This document shows positions 1-11,187 of a DNA stretch of 64,000 bases, in pieces. This DNA is from Spirochaetales bacterium. GTDB lineage: Bacteria > Spirochaetota > Spirochaetia > JABEVK01. Within the stretch, counting starts at the first letter, position 1. Each line of letters begins with the position of its first letter. The notes beneath the pieces are model-generated. The model worked only from the letters and a program-made list of their open reading frames with translations, ran no database searches and was not told the DNA's origin. The DNA lies in assembly GCA_037142615.1 (NCBI GenBank), contig JBAXAI010000002.1:64001-128000 (forward strand), given 5' to 3'. A program made the position numbers and the translations under genes.

Positions 1-941
1 GGAAACTCTGTTCCGAACCGCGCATGCACCTTTTCGCCCAGGAGTCTCTGAGGCTCCTGAAACACCAGGTTGATCGAGGGGATCTCAAGTCGTACCCCAT
101 CGAAGTTCAGGATCAGGCTGTTTTCTTCAGGGACGCAGTCGAACCCCCAGGCATAATTTGCCGGCTCCGGGTCAAGCCCAACGACCTCGCGCATCCACTG
201 GCCGCCCCAAGGTCCCGGATCAAAGAACGGTACCAGCCGGAAGGGACGCTCCGCGGTTTGGCGAAGTGCCTCGAGGTGAGCGCTCCCTGTCATCATCGCC
301 GGAGCGTTCTTTCGGTTCGTGTCCAGTAGATAGTCCAGCGAAGGAAACAGGGTGATTTTGTGTCGGTCGAGCACCCGCCATTCGACAAAAAACGACCGCT
401 TGTACTTGCGCAGTACGTCTTGGTCGTAATTGCTGGATCCCCAGTTGCAGGCCTCTTTCCGGCGGTAGCGCAGCTGAATCTCCCAACGGGCCATATCGGC
501 GTACACCAAAAGGTCGCCCCGCGTCACCAAACTCGCTCCGATGCCATGAACCAACACGAGTCCTGAGGCAGCTTCAACCTGGTCCCTCAGGCCCCGCAGC
601 TTTTCGGCAACGAAGAAGTCGTCGATCCGCAAGTTCGTCATGACCCCAAACACGCGGTCGGAGGTAAGGTTGCGACCGATGAGGGCCTCAAACTCGGGCT
701 CTGGAAGCAAGCTTGCGGCCACGTCGATGACCAGTGCAGGCTTAAGACGCGAGCCGAGGGCGTCCAGGATTTCGCGGCTATCGACGGCCGAATACTGTTC
801 GAGCACCAGGACCTTTCGGTTGGATTTGACTCCGCTCAACTTCGTGCTCCACTCCTGCACGATGGAGTCCCACCCAGACCATGCCCGCTTGGCGCCCCCG
901 CGCACGTGGACTTCCGGGAACCGATCGTAGTTACGTTTCAT
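1..941 (-). CDS. Class I mannose-6-phosphate isomerase, long form (partial, runs off left edge)
   Basis: Not in the ORF track. Translated by hand from ATG 941, which overlaps the ROK stop (ATGA): MKRNYDRFPEV...YADMARWEIQLRYR...FFVEWRVLDRHK...PFFDPGPWGGQWM...WGFDCVPEENS, motifs I recognise from this family. Confidence 0.8.
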   Translation of the reverse strand, partial: MKRNYDRFPEVHVRGGAKRAWSGWDSIVQEWSTKLSGVKSNRKVLVLEQYSAVDSREILDALGSRLKPALVIDVAASLLPEPEFEALIGRNLTSDRVFGVMTNLRIDDFFVAEKLRGLRDQVEAASGLVLVHGIGASLVTRGDLLVYADMARWEIQLRYRRKEACNWGSSNYDQDVLRKYKRSFFVEWRVLDRHKITLFPSLDYLLDTNRKNAPAMMTGSAHLEALRQTAERPFRLVPFFDPGPWGGQWMREVVGLDPEPANYAWGFDCVPEENSLILNFDGVRLEIPSINLVFQEPQRLLGEKVHARFGTEF

Positions 942-1843
942 GTCAACTTCTCCTCCATCAGGGCGTGTAGGCCTAGCAGCACGGATTGGTCGGGCGTCGC
1001 AGACACCCGGAACTCCAACTGTCCCCAGGGCGTCCAGCACAAATGACGAACCTGCTGTTCAAGAGAATCCAGAAACTGGTCACGGCCCTTCAACACTCCT
1101 CCGCTGAACACCACCACTTCGGGGTCGTAGGCATGAACCAAGGTTGCCAGCCCTCGGGCCCACTGCCGAGTGATCTGGTCCAACAGCCTCCTGGCCTCTG
1201 CATCGCCGGCGCGACTGGCCGTGGTCAGCGACTCAAAGCCATCAAACTGGCCGCCGGAGAGCCGGTCAAGGCACCAACTGCCCACCTGAGCCTCCAGGCA
1301 GCCCCGTTTGCCGCAAGAGCAAGGAGTGTCACCGCCACCGGTCTTGAAGTGCCCGCCGAGCACCCCCGCCTGATAGTGCACGCCGCGAACGAGTCGGCCG
1401 TTCATGAGCGCCGCGGTTCCGACCCCCGTCCCAAGAATGAACAGAGCCGTATTGTCGCAGCCCTGACAACAACCTCTGCGGTACTCGCCGAACAGTGCGG
1501 CATTGCTATCGTTCTCCAGGAGAAACGGAACCCCGAAGGTGTCGCGGGACCACGTAGCAAGATCAAGCTCGGTGGCATCGAGGAACTTCCCGCTGGCCGA
1601 AAGAACCCGGTTCTGCTTGACATCAACCAGGCCCGGGTAGGCCATGGCCACACCGTCCAGCCGTCCGTGACTTGCCGAAAGGCCGCGCAGCGTCGTTTCA
1701 ACGATGCCGAGTTTTGCCGCGAGCGTGCCTTTGGCCTGGGCAGGCAACTGCCGTGTTCCGAGCACCCGATTTCCCTGAAAAAGGCCAACCTTGATCGTCG
1801 TCCCCCCCAGATCCACGGCCCCCGTCAGGATATCCGAGTTCAC
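938..1843 (-). CDS. ROK family sugar kinase
   Basis: DLGGT, ENDSNAA, LGTGVG and CSCGKRGCLE motifs. Confidence 0.92.
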   Translation of the reverse strand: MNSDILTGAVDLGGTTIKVGLFQGNRVLGTRQLPAQAKGTLAAKLGIVETTLRGLSASHGRLDGVAMAYPGLVDVKQNRVLSASGKFLDATELDLATWSRDTFGVPFLLENDSNAALFGEYRRGCCQGCDNTALFILGTGVGTAALMNGRLVRGVHYQAGVLGGHFKTGGGDTPCSCGKRGCLEAQVGSWCLDRLSGGQFDGFESLTTASRAGDAEARRLLDQITRQWARGLATLVHAYDPEVVVFSGGVLKGRDQFLDSLEQQVRHLCWTPWGQLEFRVSATPDQSVLLGLHALMEEKLT

Positions 1844-2382
1844 GGTTGGTCCCGGAACTCGGGCCCGTTCGGTCCTTGAACGACCCTAACGCTGAAACCC
1901 TGCTCGGATATGGTGGCGTAGTCGTGACCGGCATCCGAGGGCCAACAGGCCCCTACCGCCAGTACGTCACGGCCTGTATTGACAAGGCGGTGGGCGACAT
2001 GCCCGGCAATGTAGTGAACCGAGCCGGGCTTCAGGACTTCGAGGCTCCAGCGGCGCGCGCCGTCCATCAGAAGAAGCACGCCCTGACCGGCATAGCACCA
2101 GTAGTACTCGGCGCGGTCACGCTGAGCGTGGAAGTGTCCACGGGTCATGAAGTACTCGCCGTCGATAACTCCAGGTTGAACAAAGGAAGTACCGAAGAAC
2201 AACCCCCCGGGGGTACCTTCGGGAACAACAGCGTGCATTTGCACGCTGTAGGCCGTGATCGACTGGTCGAGGGCCGCCCGGGCACTTTCGTTGGCAAAAA
2301 CGTTTTTCAACTCTGCAAGGGTCTTCACACTTTCGGTGATCTCTCCGGAAAGTCGCCCGGTGTGATAGTTTGCTTCAATCAT
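1840..2382 (-). CDS. Cupin (archaeal-type) glucose-6-phosphate isomerase
   Basis: EYFMTRGHFH...AEYY, AHRLVNTG and AGHDY motifs. Confidence 0.88.
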   Translation of the reverse strand: MIEANYHTGRLSGEITESVKTLAELKNVFANESARAALDQSITAYSVQMHAVVPEGTPGGLFFGTSFVQPGVIDGEYFMTRGHFHAQRDRAEYYWCYAGQGVLLLMDGARRWSLEVLKPGSVHYIAGHVAHRLVNTGRDVLAVGACWPSDAGHDYATISEQGFSVRVVQGPNGPEFRDQP

Positions 2383-3134
2383 GGTCCATCTCCTTGCTGG
2401 CTGAAACCGTCACGCGTAATGCGGATCGAATATTCGAAACGGTCAGACCTGTAGTGGGCCACACCAAACTCGAACGGGCGTCCGGCGACGTCTGAAACCG
2501 TCCGCTTTCGGTACAGCATTGGTAGGTCTTCGGGCATCTGCAGGCGGGCACGGTCGGGAGCCCCCGCACCCAAGGCTCCTATGCACTCTTCTGAGATCGC
2601 GGGCACAACCTGATAGCGATTTTCGATCAGCTCATAGAGGGGGCCATCAAAGGCCTCCGTCTCGGGAATGGAAAGACGGGGATGAAACCAGCTACGGAAC
2701 AGGACTACCGGCTGGCCTTCTTCCCCCTTCAGGCGCTCTAGCACGATCACTTTGGTTCCCGGGGCAATTCCGAGCCCTGCTGCGGCCGCCTCAGGAGCGG
2801 GCTCGACCCAGACTCTCTTTTCGAGAGTGACGAGTTCACGCCCTAGCCGCCCCATCTCGCGGCTAAAGCTAGTCCACTCGGTCAGACGCGTCTGGATCGG
2901 ACTGCGGTTCACTACCGTTCCGACACCCTTTTTGCGAAGAATCAGCCCCTCACGAACCAGGGAATCCATTGCAACCCGGATGGTATGACGGCTGACGCCC
3001 AACCGCATGGCCAAATCGGTCTCACGAGGGAGCAGTTGACCGGCCTGGTGTCCCACTTCGCGAACCAGGGCCCGCAAGGCGACTTCGGCTTGGGCGTAGA
3101 GGGGGAGTGCAGCCAGCGGGTTGAGCGGTTTCAT
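2379..3134 (-). CDS. GntR/HutC family regulator with UTRA domain
   Basis: LPRETDLA..LGVSRHTIR..GVGTVV wHTH plus UTRA; start set at MKPLNP behind a GGAGA SD. Confidence 0.9.
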   Translation of the reverse strand: MKPLNPLAALPLYAQAEVALRALVREVGHQAGQLLPRETDLAMRLGVSRHTIRVAMDSLVREGLILRKKGVGTVVNRSPIQTRLTEWTSFSREMGRLGRELVTLEKRVWVEPAPEAAAAGLGIAPGTKVIVLERLKGEEGQPVVLFRSWFHPRLSIPETEAFDGPLYELIENRYQVVPAISEECIGALGAGAPDRARLQMPEDLPMLYRKRTVSDVAGRPFEFGVAHYRSDRFEYSIRITRDGFSQQGDGP

Positions 3135-3479
3135 GGTTCTCCATGTCCGTTTGTCCGGACATATACGTGATACCATGAGCCGGAGTTCTTGGCAAGCGGC
3201 AACAGTACTTTCGAACTCGTCTATGGACGGTAGGTCCACGGCCTCCACCGCCCAGATGATCGAGGGCAAGAGCAACGTCCCCATCACCCAGCGTGACTTC
3301 GCCGTCATCGAGACCGGCTTCGGTCCCGTCAAGAAGTCCCGTCCCAAACCTCCGCTGCCAACCCTAGGTTGGCCGTTGGTTCAGCCTAGTGAGAGCAGCA
3401 GCTTCAAGCCTGCACGACTCGTCTGTCCATCTGAGCCGCATACTGCAGGCATGCCAGTATGTCTTCGTGACCGGAACCG

Positions 3480-4091
3480 TCAGTAGAAACCGATCTCGCG
3501 AACGTCAATCCTCGCTGAGAACTCCCGCTTGTAGGCGACTACCGCCACGCTGGCCAACTCGGCCAAATCCAGGGAAAAGAAGGCGCCGAAATCACCCTTG
3601 GTAAACTGGCTGAAAGGCACGTGCACTTCCTGCCATTCCCCGGTGACCGGCAGGGGCGCCATATAGAAAGACCACGGAAACAGATTCCGGGATGTCCGCA
3701 GGAACAGGTAGTAGCCTTCGCTGTTGACGCGCGCCAACAGGCGGACCCCCGTGTAGCGTCGGGCGTCAAAGACGGGCTTCCCGTCGTGCGCCAGCAGAAG
3801 CTGGGCCTGGATGAAACCTCCGTTGTTCTTCAGACTGACTTGACCCGAGATGACGAGGTGCGGAATCCCCCCTTCCGACTCGGTTCCGACCTTCATGTCT
3901 GACAAACCACCCATGACTCGGTCGGTGAATCCTTGCCACGAGGTTCCCAGTCGCGAACTTGAAGAGCTGAAATCGTCCAGAAGAAAGGGGGACACGGGAA
4001 CCTCCGAGACGGGTGTGGTAGTGACGCAGGCGGTGCCAAGGATTGCCACCGCAACCAGACTGACATTCCAGAGTTTCGGACGGATCAACAT
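3480..4091 (-). CDS. CIA30 family protein, probable lipoprotein
   Basis: DRVMGGLS and NNGGF motifs; LGTAC lipobox. Confidence 0.85.
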   Translation of the reverse strand: MLIRPKLWNVSLVAVAILGTACVTTTPVSEVPVSPFLLDDFSSSSSRLGTSWQGFTDRVMGGLSDMKVGTESEGGIPHLVISGQVSLKNNGGFIQAQLLLAHDGKPVFDARRYTGVRLLARVNSEGYYLFLRTSRNLFPWSFYMAPLPVTGEWQEVHVPFSQFTKGDFGAFFSLDLAELASVAVVAYKREFSARIDVREIGFY

Positions 4092-4395
4092 GTCGGAAAG
4101 TTAGTGTTTCTCTCGGGCAAAGTCCACTTTCACCAAATTGACCGGGAGTTTCCTTGGGGTTGATCTTGGTCTTCGAGGGCAAGGTCACCCCTCCAGACAC
4201 CTTCAATGGTGGCATGCTCCCATGCCTTTGTGGCCAGCTTTCCCCCAGAATAGTGAGCGGCCTAACGTCTGCGGCAGCATTTTCCAGTGCGCCCACACCA
4301 AGCGACTCACTGACGGCGCTGCGCGTTGCAGCACCAATCAGCGCTGGGTTGACGCCTCCGGCGCGGACCGGGCGCTTTGATGTTTCTTCGAAAAG

Positions 4396-4902
4396 CTACC
4401 ACTTCTTGGCTTTGAGGTAGTCCACGGCCGCCTTGTAGTCTTTACCCAGGGTTTTGGTCACATCGAGCATAGGGTTGAACGCACCGCCATTTAGGTAGGT
4501 CTGGATAGGGCTTACCCCGCCGGTGTTACCCGCACCCGTCCCGGCCGTGGTACGTTCGCTGAGGCGTGCGATGGCCAGATCGTCCACGAAGGTCAGTTGG
4601 GCCCCGGTCAGAATCTTGAGTTCAATTTCCGTAAGCAGGGCTTCGGCAGGTTTGGGTTCGAGGCGAGGCGTGGTGCGGATTTTTTCGGCGATCAGCATCA
4701 GGCTTTTCACCTGCGTTGCGGTCAAGGCAAGCTTTTTCTGCTCCTTGTCCATGGTGTGCAGATAGCCGAACACCCGCCCCAGATCGTAAACGACCTCGAG
4801 TTTTTCCTTGGCAACGGCCAAAGCGGGATCCTGGGTGGTTTGAGCTGCCAGCGTAGCCGTCAGTAGCAGGGCGATACCTGCCCGTGCAATGAGCTTATTC
4901 AT
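4396..4902 (-). CDS. Exported hypothetical protein, last gene of the ABC exporter operon
   Basis: Signal peptide, AAGGAG SD, co-oriented with the permease. Confidence 0.7.
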   Translation of the reverse strand: MNKLIARAGIALLLTATLAAQTTQDPALAVAKEKLEVVYDLGRVFGYLHTMDKEQKKLALTATQVKSLMLIAEKIRTTPRLEPKPAEALLTEIELKILTGAQLTFVDDLAIARLSERTTAGTGAGNTGGVSPIQTYLNGGAFNPMLDVTKTLGKDYKAAVDYLKAKKW

Positions 4903-4929
4903 TCTTGTCTCCTTGGCCTTTTGGCCGGT

Positions 4930-6152
<1,223 letters not shown>

Positions 6153-6156
<4 letters not shown>

Positions 6157-6842
6157 GGCACCCACTCCGACGCCGCGACATCGGCAAGAATTTTCCCGTC
6201 TTCCACTTGGATTACCCGGTGCGCCTGGCGGGCCACCTTGGGGTCATGCGTCACGAGGATCAAGGTGGCCCCGTCGCGGTGCAGGATGTGGAACAGTTCC
6301 ATGATTTCGACACCTGTCTTGGTGTCGAGGGCTCCCGTGGGTTCGTCGGCCAGCAATATGGAAGGCACCCCGGCCAGCGCGCGGGCGATCGCGACGCGCT
6401 GGCGCTGACCGCCGGAAAGCTCAGAGGGAAGGTGCCCCTCACGGCCGTCGAGCCCGACTTTCTGTAGCATGGCCAGCGCGCGCTCGCGTCGGTTTTTGCG
6501 GCTGACACCCTGGTAGATCATGGGTAGCTCGACGTTTTCGAGGGCGGACTCGCGGGGCAGCAGGTTGAAGCTTTGGAAGACAAAGCCGATGCGGCGGCTT
6601 CGGATTTCGGCGAGCTGGTCCTTTTTTAGCTTCGAGGTCTCGTCGCCCGCCAACCGGTAGCTGCCGGCCGAAGGGGAATCGAGGCAACCGAGGATGTTCA
6701 TAAGGCTGGTCTTGCCTGAGCCGCTGGGGCCGACAATGGCCACAAACTCGCCCGACTGAATGGTGAAACTGACGTCGTCGACGGCTTTGACCGTCGTCGG
6801 GCCCATGGTGTAGTGGCGGCTGAGGCCGCTGACCTCGATCAT
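6153..6842 (-). CDS. ABC ATP-binding protein (MacB/LolD-like)
   Basis: GPSGSGKT, LSGGQRQR and LADEPTG motifs. Confidence 0.95.
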
Positions 6843-8008
6843 TTGGTGCCACCCGAGCCGGGAATGGTGATGGGGAGCACCGACTTTTCGCCAGCCGCAG
6901 CGGTGGGGGCCGGGGCAGAGGGCTTCACGGCGCCGGGCAACACCACTTCGGTGCCCTCGTCGAGCCCCGAGAGAATGACGGCGTTGAGGCCATCGTCGGC
7001 GCCCTTTTCGACGCGCTTTTTGACCACCTCGCCGTTTTCGAGCACCTCGACATAGCTGCGGCTACGCACGGTCGAGACCGCCTTGGACGGCACCACCACG
7101 CCCTTGTCGGACGCAATGCGGATGGAAAAGTCGGCGCTCATGCCGGGGCGGAGGCGGCCTTCGGTGTTATCGACCAGCGCGGTCACCTTGAAAATCGAAA
7201 TGTTGTTGACCACTTCGGCCATGGGGCTGATGGCTTCGACCTTGGCGACGAGCGACTCTTCGCCCATGGCCTCGCCGCTGATGGCCACCGTTTGGCCCAG
7301 AACCACCTTGCCGATATCGTTCTCGTCGACTTCGGCGCTCAGCCTCACGCGGGACAGGTCGCCAAACAGCACTACCGCGGTGTTGGGCGAGACCAGGTCA
7401 CCGGCGGCCAAATAAGCTTTGAGGACGGTGCCGTCGAAAGGGGCCCTGAGGGAAAGCGAGGCGAGGTCGTTGCGGGACTTGTCGAGCGACAAGCGCGATT
7501 GCCCCACCTTGAGCTCGGCGGTTTCCCCAGCCAACTGGGCGTTGGTGACGGCTTCCTCGGCGGTGGCGTAGTCGCCGGGACTCAGGGCTTTTCCGTCGAG
7601 CAGAGCCTTTTTGTCGGCTTTGTCTTTCACAGCGCGGTCGAGGACCAGCTGAGCTTTTTTGAGGTCCACCTGCGCCTGCGACAGCACAAACTCGGCCTGC
7701 CCCAGCGCGTTGCGGAACTGGGTGTCGTCGAGCGTGGCGACCACGGCGCCGGCCGCAACCCGGGAACCCTCGCGCACCAGACTTTTGACCAGCGACGCTG
7801 CGGTGGACCGCAAGGTGACCTGAGCTGCCGGTTCGACGAGGGAGACACCTTCGACATCGATCGAGACCACGCCGTTCTTGGCCGTGACGGTGACCGGCCC
7901 CGACGAGACGGTGGCCTGCTCGGGCTGCTGCCGGGCGAAGAAATACCACGCTCCACCGGCGACAAGGATGGTGCCGACAGCGAGCAGAAGGATCGAGGAC
8001 TTTTTCAT
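6839..8008 (-). CDS. Periplasmic adaptor / membrane fusion protein (MacA-like)
   Basis: N-terminal TM, coiled hairpin, LRAPFDG, LRPGMSA. Confidence 0.9.
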   Translation of the reverse strand: MKKSSILLLAVGTILVAGGAWYFFARQQPEQATVSSGPVTVTAKNGVVSIDVEGVSLVEPAAQVTLRSTAASLVKSLVREGSRVAAGAVVATLDDTQFRNALGQAEFVLSQAQVDLKKAQLVLDRAVKDKADKKALLDGKALSPGDYATAEEAVTNAQLAGETAELKVGQSRLSLDKSRNDLASLSLRAPFDGTVLKAYLAAGDLVSPNTAVVLFGDLSRVRLSAEVDENDIGKVVLGQTVAISGEAMGEESLVAKVEAISPMAEVVNNISIFKVTALVDNTEGRLRPGMSADFSIRIASDKGVVVPSKAVSTVRSRSYVEVLENGEVVKKRVEKGADDGLNAVILSGLDEGTEVVLPGAVKPSAPAPTAAAGEKSVLPITIPGSGGTK

Positions 8009-9333
8009 GGGATCTCCCAAGCCGAAGCGGCTTCACGTAATTCCAAGGTGGCCAAGGTCAGATTGACCTGGGCTTTGTCGTGGGCAAAAGTGGCGCGGAC
8101 CAAGACGGCGGCGTTGGCGGCTTCTTCTTCGGGACTCACCTGGCCGATCAGCTTTTTCGACGCGAACGACTGGGCGGCCGCACCGGTGGATTCCTGCGCA
8201 CGGAGACTGGCGGCCAGACTTTCTTGGGCCTTGAGGAAGGCGGCATATTTTGAACGCACGCCAAGCTCAAGCGAAGCCTCGAGGTACCCTAGGCGGCGGC
8301 GTTCCAGTTCGACGGCGTCTTCCAGGGCTTGGCGGCGTAGGGCAGTGTCGCCAGAAAACTCCCAAGTCAGCAGAACCGAGGCTGACAGCACGGGATCGAC
8401 GGTTTTTATCACCGACTCGGGTGCCCGGTAGAGGGACACGTCACCACCCAGCCCGAGGGAGCCTGAAACGCTACTGTAACTGAGGACGACCGAGCCCTGG
8501 GGCGCCACATAGCTCAGCTGGGGAGCAAACGTCAATGGCAGGGCCGACGCTGCCACCAGGGCGCGCCGGGCTTTTTCCAGGCGCTGGCGCTGGGCCAAGG
8601 CCGTGGACGCGTTCTGCTTGGCCATGGCGATCAGGGCGACCGGCAATCCAGGCGACACCAAAGGGCCGAAGTCGGGTTTTGCCAGCAGCGGCACCAACCC
8701 GAGCGGATCCTGCGAACCCGGTTGATGATCAGGACGAGGGGTTTCCAGGGTGGCCTTGAACGCCAGCGCAAACCAGGCCAGCCGGAGATCGAGCCGGGCT
8801 TGGGCCACTTCGGCTTCGGAATCCTGTAGGCCGGCCTCGGCCAAAGCCCCGGCGGTCGCCGTCAGGGTTCCCTGCTTGACCCGTTGTTTTACCGCTTCCA
8901 ACCTGGACTTTTGCTCGTCGCGGGCTGCTTCGGCTACCCCGACTGACTGTTGGGCGAGGTAGGACGCGTTGTAGGCCCGCAGCAGGTCGACGGTGGCACG
9001 GCCAACGGCTTCGTCGGCTTCGCGTTGGCGCAGCGCCAGAGTTTCGACAAGTGCTGTTGCTTTTTCGCGGTCGGCAGCGGTGCTCCCCAAGAGGAACCAC
9101 AGGTCGATGCCAAGATCAGCCTTGGTCAGTTCGGCTACCGGGCGAGTGCTGACTTTGAGACCTTTCCAAGCCGACTCGGCGTCTACCTCGGCTTGGGCCA
9201 AGCTCAACAGACGCGAAGCCAACTGTACGCTTTCATGCTGAGGAATCTGATAGGCAACGTCGTTCCAGGTCAGCGTCTGCGAGAAGGCCGGGGGACTCAA
9301 GGCGGCCAAAAGCACAACCATCCAGGTTTTCAT
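8005..9333 (-). CDS. TolC-like outer membrane efflux protein
   Basis: Signal peptide, two helical repeat regions, first gene of a MacAB-type operon. Confidence 0.7.
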   Translation of the reverse strand: MKTWMVVLLAALSPPAFSQTLTWNDVAYQIPQHESVQLASRLLSLAQAEVDAESAWKGLKVSTRPVAELTKADLGIDLWFLLGSTAADREKATALVETLALRQREADEAVGRATVDLLRAYNASYLAQQSVGVAEAARDEQKSRLEAVKQRVKQGTLTATAGALAEAGLQDSEAEVAQARLDLRLAWFALAFKATLETPRPDHQPGSQDPLGLVPLLAKPDFGPLVSPGLPVALIAMAKQNASTALAQRQRLEKARRALVAASALPLTFAPQLSYVAPQGSVVLSYSSVSGSLGLGGDVSLYRAPESVIKTVDPVLSASVLLTWEFSGDTALRRQALEDAVELERRRLGYLEASLELGVRSKYAAFLKAQESLAASLRAQESTGAAAQSFASKKLIGQVSPEEEAANAAVLVRATFAHDKAQVNLTLATLELREAASAWEIP

Positions 9334-9356
9334 AGGGACTTCCTTAGTTAATGCGC

Positions 9357-9373
9357 ATCAAGAAGCGTGCCAA
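9357..9373 (-). promoter_or_regulatory. Candidate sigma54 promoter for the efflux operon
   Basis: Minus strand TTGGCACG-CTTC-TTGAT: perfect -24 element, variant -12 (TTGA rather than TTGC); AT-rich tract upstream. Confidence 0.45.
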
Positions 9374-9771
9374 AAATAAGGGAGATTCAATATATAGTTT
9401 TGTGAATATTCTCAGGAAATGGTCTTTCTGGCTCAACTACGTGAGCAATCCTTTCCGGAGAGCTGCTTTTTGGGAAAAGATTGCCCACGTTCAGACTTGA
9501 GCGGTGTGCACGCCTTGGTGGCTTTGGTTGACGCCCATGGTCCACCACTTGGATGTCGAGGTTTCAGCCGATGTGTTCGGACAATGGTAGGCTGCTTGGA
9601 GCTGTAGAGGTAGCGTAGACATCTTTGGTGATTCTGGGGGGCATACCCAACCGAAGGAGCCCCGCGTCGCGTGAGGTGCCTGGAGGGCGGGGGGCGTCGC
9701 CCGCCGGTTCTCTGCGGGACTTTGGCTGAAAAGCCTAAGCCCCGCAGAAACGGAACCCCGGAAGGTGCCGG

Positions 9772-9813
9772 CCACCTCGAAGTGTGACCCCCTGCGACCA
9801 GAAGTCGAGGTGG
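9772..9813 (-). terminator. Inverted repeat downstream of narK2
   Basis: CCACCTCGA...TCGAGGTGG immediately after the stop codon; no clear U-tract. Confidence 0.35.
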
Positions 9814-9822
9814 ACACGCCCT

Positions 9823-11169
9823 TCAGCAGGGATGCTTGGCGTTCTTGCGACTGTACAGCCACCAGTTGAGCACTGTATTGAGCCCAAAGAACACCGCCGA
9901 ACCGATGAACACAACGTTTGGACTCTTGAACGTGGCGAACGCAAAAGCGAAAAGCAGGCCGTAGATGAACGGTCCAAAGGCCGCGATGGCCGCGGTGAAG
10001 CCGACGACACCCGAACCCTGTCGCGGCGCAAAGAGCATGGGCATCTGCTTGAAGGTCGACGCGTTGCCCATACCGGCGAAGAAGAAGATGCCCAGCATCG
10101 AAGCCACGAAGGGTACAAACAGTTCGGCGGTGGGGTTGGCGGTGAAAAACAGCACCAGCACCGAGCAGACGGTCATGCCGACACCGGCCAGCGTGGTGAT
10201 TTTGGCGCCGCCCCATTTGTCGGCAAACGGACCGGTGGCTACCCGCACCACGGCGCCCACGAGCGGGCCGAGGAAGGCGAACGCCAACGGATCGGGAGCG
10301 TTTGGGATGCCACCAAAGGTCTGCTTGATGAGCAGGGGGAAGGTACCCGACAGGCCCGAGAACGCACCGAAAGTCATCAAATACAGGCTAGTGAGGGCCC
10401 AGGTATGGCCACTCTTGAAGATGTCAAACTGTTCCTTGAAGTTGGCCTTGATGGGCACCGATTTGAGCATCAACCACGCCAAGCCGCCAAAAACGACCAC
10501 GAGAGGAATGTAGATCGTCAGCGCGTTCTGCAGGTAAACGGGCACCTGTGCCGTGCCTTTTGTCAGCGTCTGGGGAGCGCCGAAGAGGCTTCCTGCCAAT
10601 GCGAAGCCGATGATCCACGGCGTGAGGAACTGCACCACCGAGACCCCGAGGTTGCCAATACCGGCCTGAATGGCCAGCGCGGTGCCGAGCTTCTTCTTGG
10701 GGAAGAACAGCGTCGTGGAAGGCATGAACGAGCTGAAGTTACCGCCACCCATGCCGGCGCAGAAGGCCAGGAACATCAGCACCCAGAACGGGGTGGTGGG
10801 GTCCTGCACGGCCACGTACCAGCCTACCAGGGGGATGAGCAGCAACAGCGTGGACACCGAGACGACGAGCCTGGTGCCCAGCATGGGGGTCAGGAACATA
10901 TGGACCAGTCGCCAGGTACCCGCCGCGAGGCCCGGCATGGCGGTCAGCCAGAACAGCTCGGCCGTGGTCAGCTTGAAGCCGATCTGCGGCAGCTTGACCA
11001 CGAGGGCCGACACGACAAACCAAGTGATAAAGGCCAAAAAGAGGTTGGCCGTAGTAATGACCAGTGCGGCGTTGGCGACCTTCTTGCCGGTGGCGTTCCA
11101 GAACTCATCGTTCTCCGGTTCCCACTTTGTCAGCCAACTTTTGCCTCTTGGCGCCGTTGAATTGCTCAT
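9823..11169 (-). CDS. narK: Nitrate/nitrite transporter, NarK2 type
   Basis: WEPENDEFW N-terminus, GGGNFSS, GNASTFK nitrate signature; MFS hydrophobicity pattern. Confidence 0.93.
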   Translation of the reverse strand: MSNSTAPRGKSWLTKWEPENDEFWNATGKKVANAALVITTANLFLAFITWFVVSALVVKLPQIGFKLTTAELFWLTAMPGLAAGTWRLVHMFLTPMLGTRLVVSVSTLLLLIPLVGWYVAVQDPTTPFWVLMFLAFCAGMGGGNFSSFMPSTTLFFPKKKLGTALAIQAGIGNLGVSVVQFLTPWIIGFALAGSLFGAPQTLTKGTAQVPVYLQNALTIYIPLVVVFGGLAWLMLKSVPIKANFKEQFDIFKSGHTWALTSLYLMTFGAFSGLSGTFPLLIKQTFGGIPNAPDPLAFAFLGPLVGAVVRVATGPFADKWGGAKITTLAGVGMTVCSVLVLFFTANPTAELFVPFVASMLGIFFFAGMGNASTFKQMPMLFAPRQGSGVVGFTAAIAAFGPFIYGLLFAFAFATFKSPNVVFIGSAVFFGLNTVLNWWLYSRKNAKHPC

Positions 11170-11187
11170 AGTAACTCCTTTTGCTCG

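Noticed and set aside
4260-4278. GCCTAAC-GTCTGCGGCAGC resembling the left end of an integron attC site
   Set aside because: No complementary GTTAGGC end nearby and no integrase or cassette array; at most a remnant
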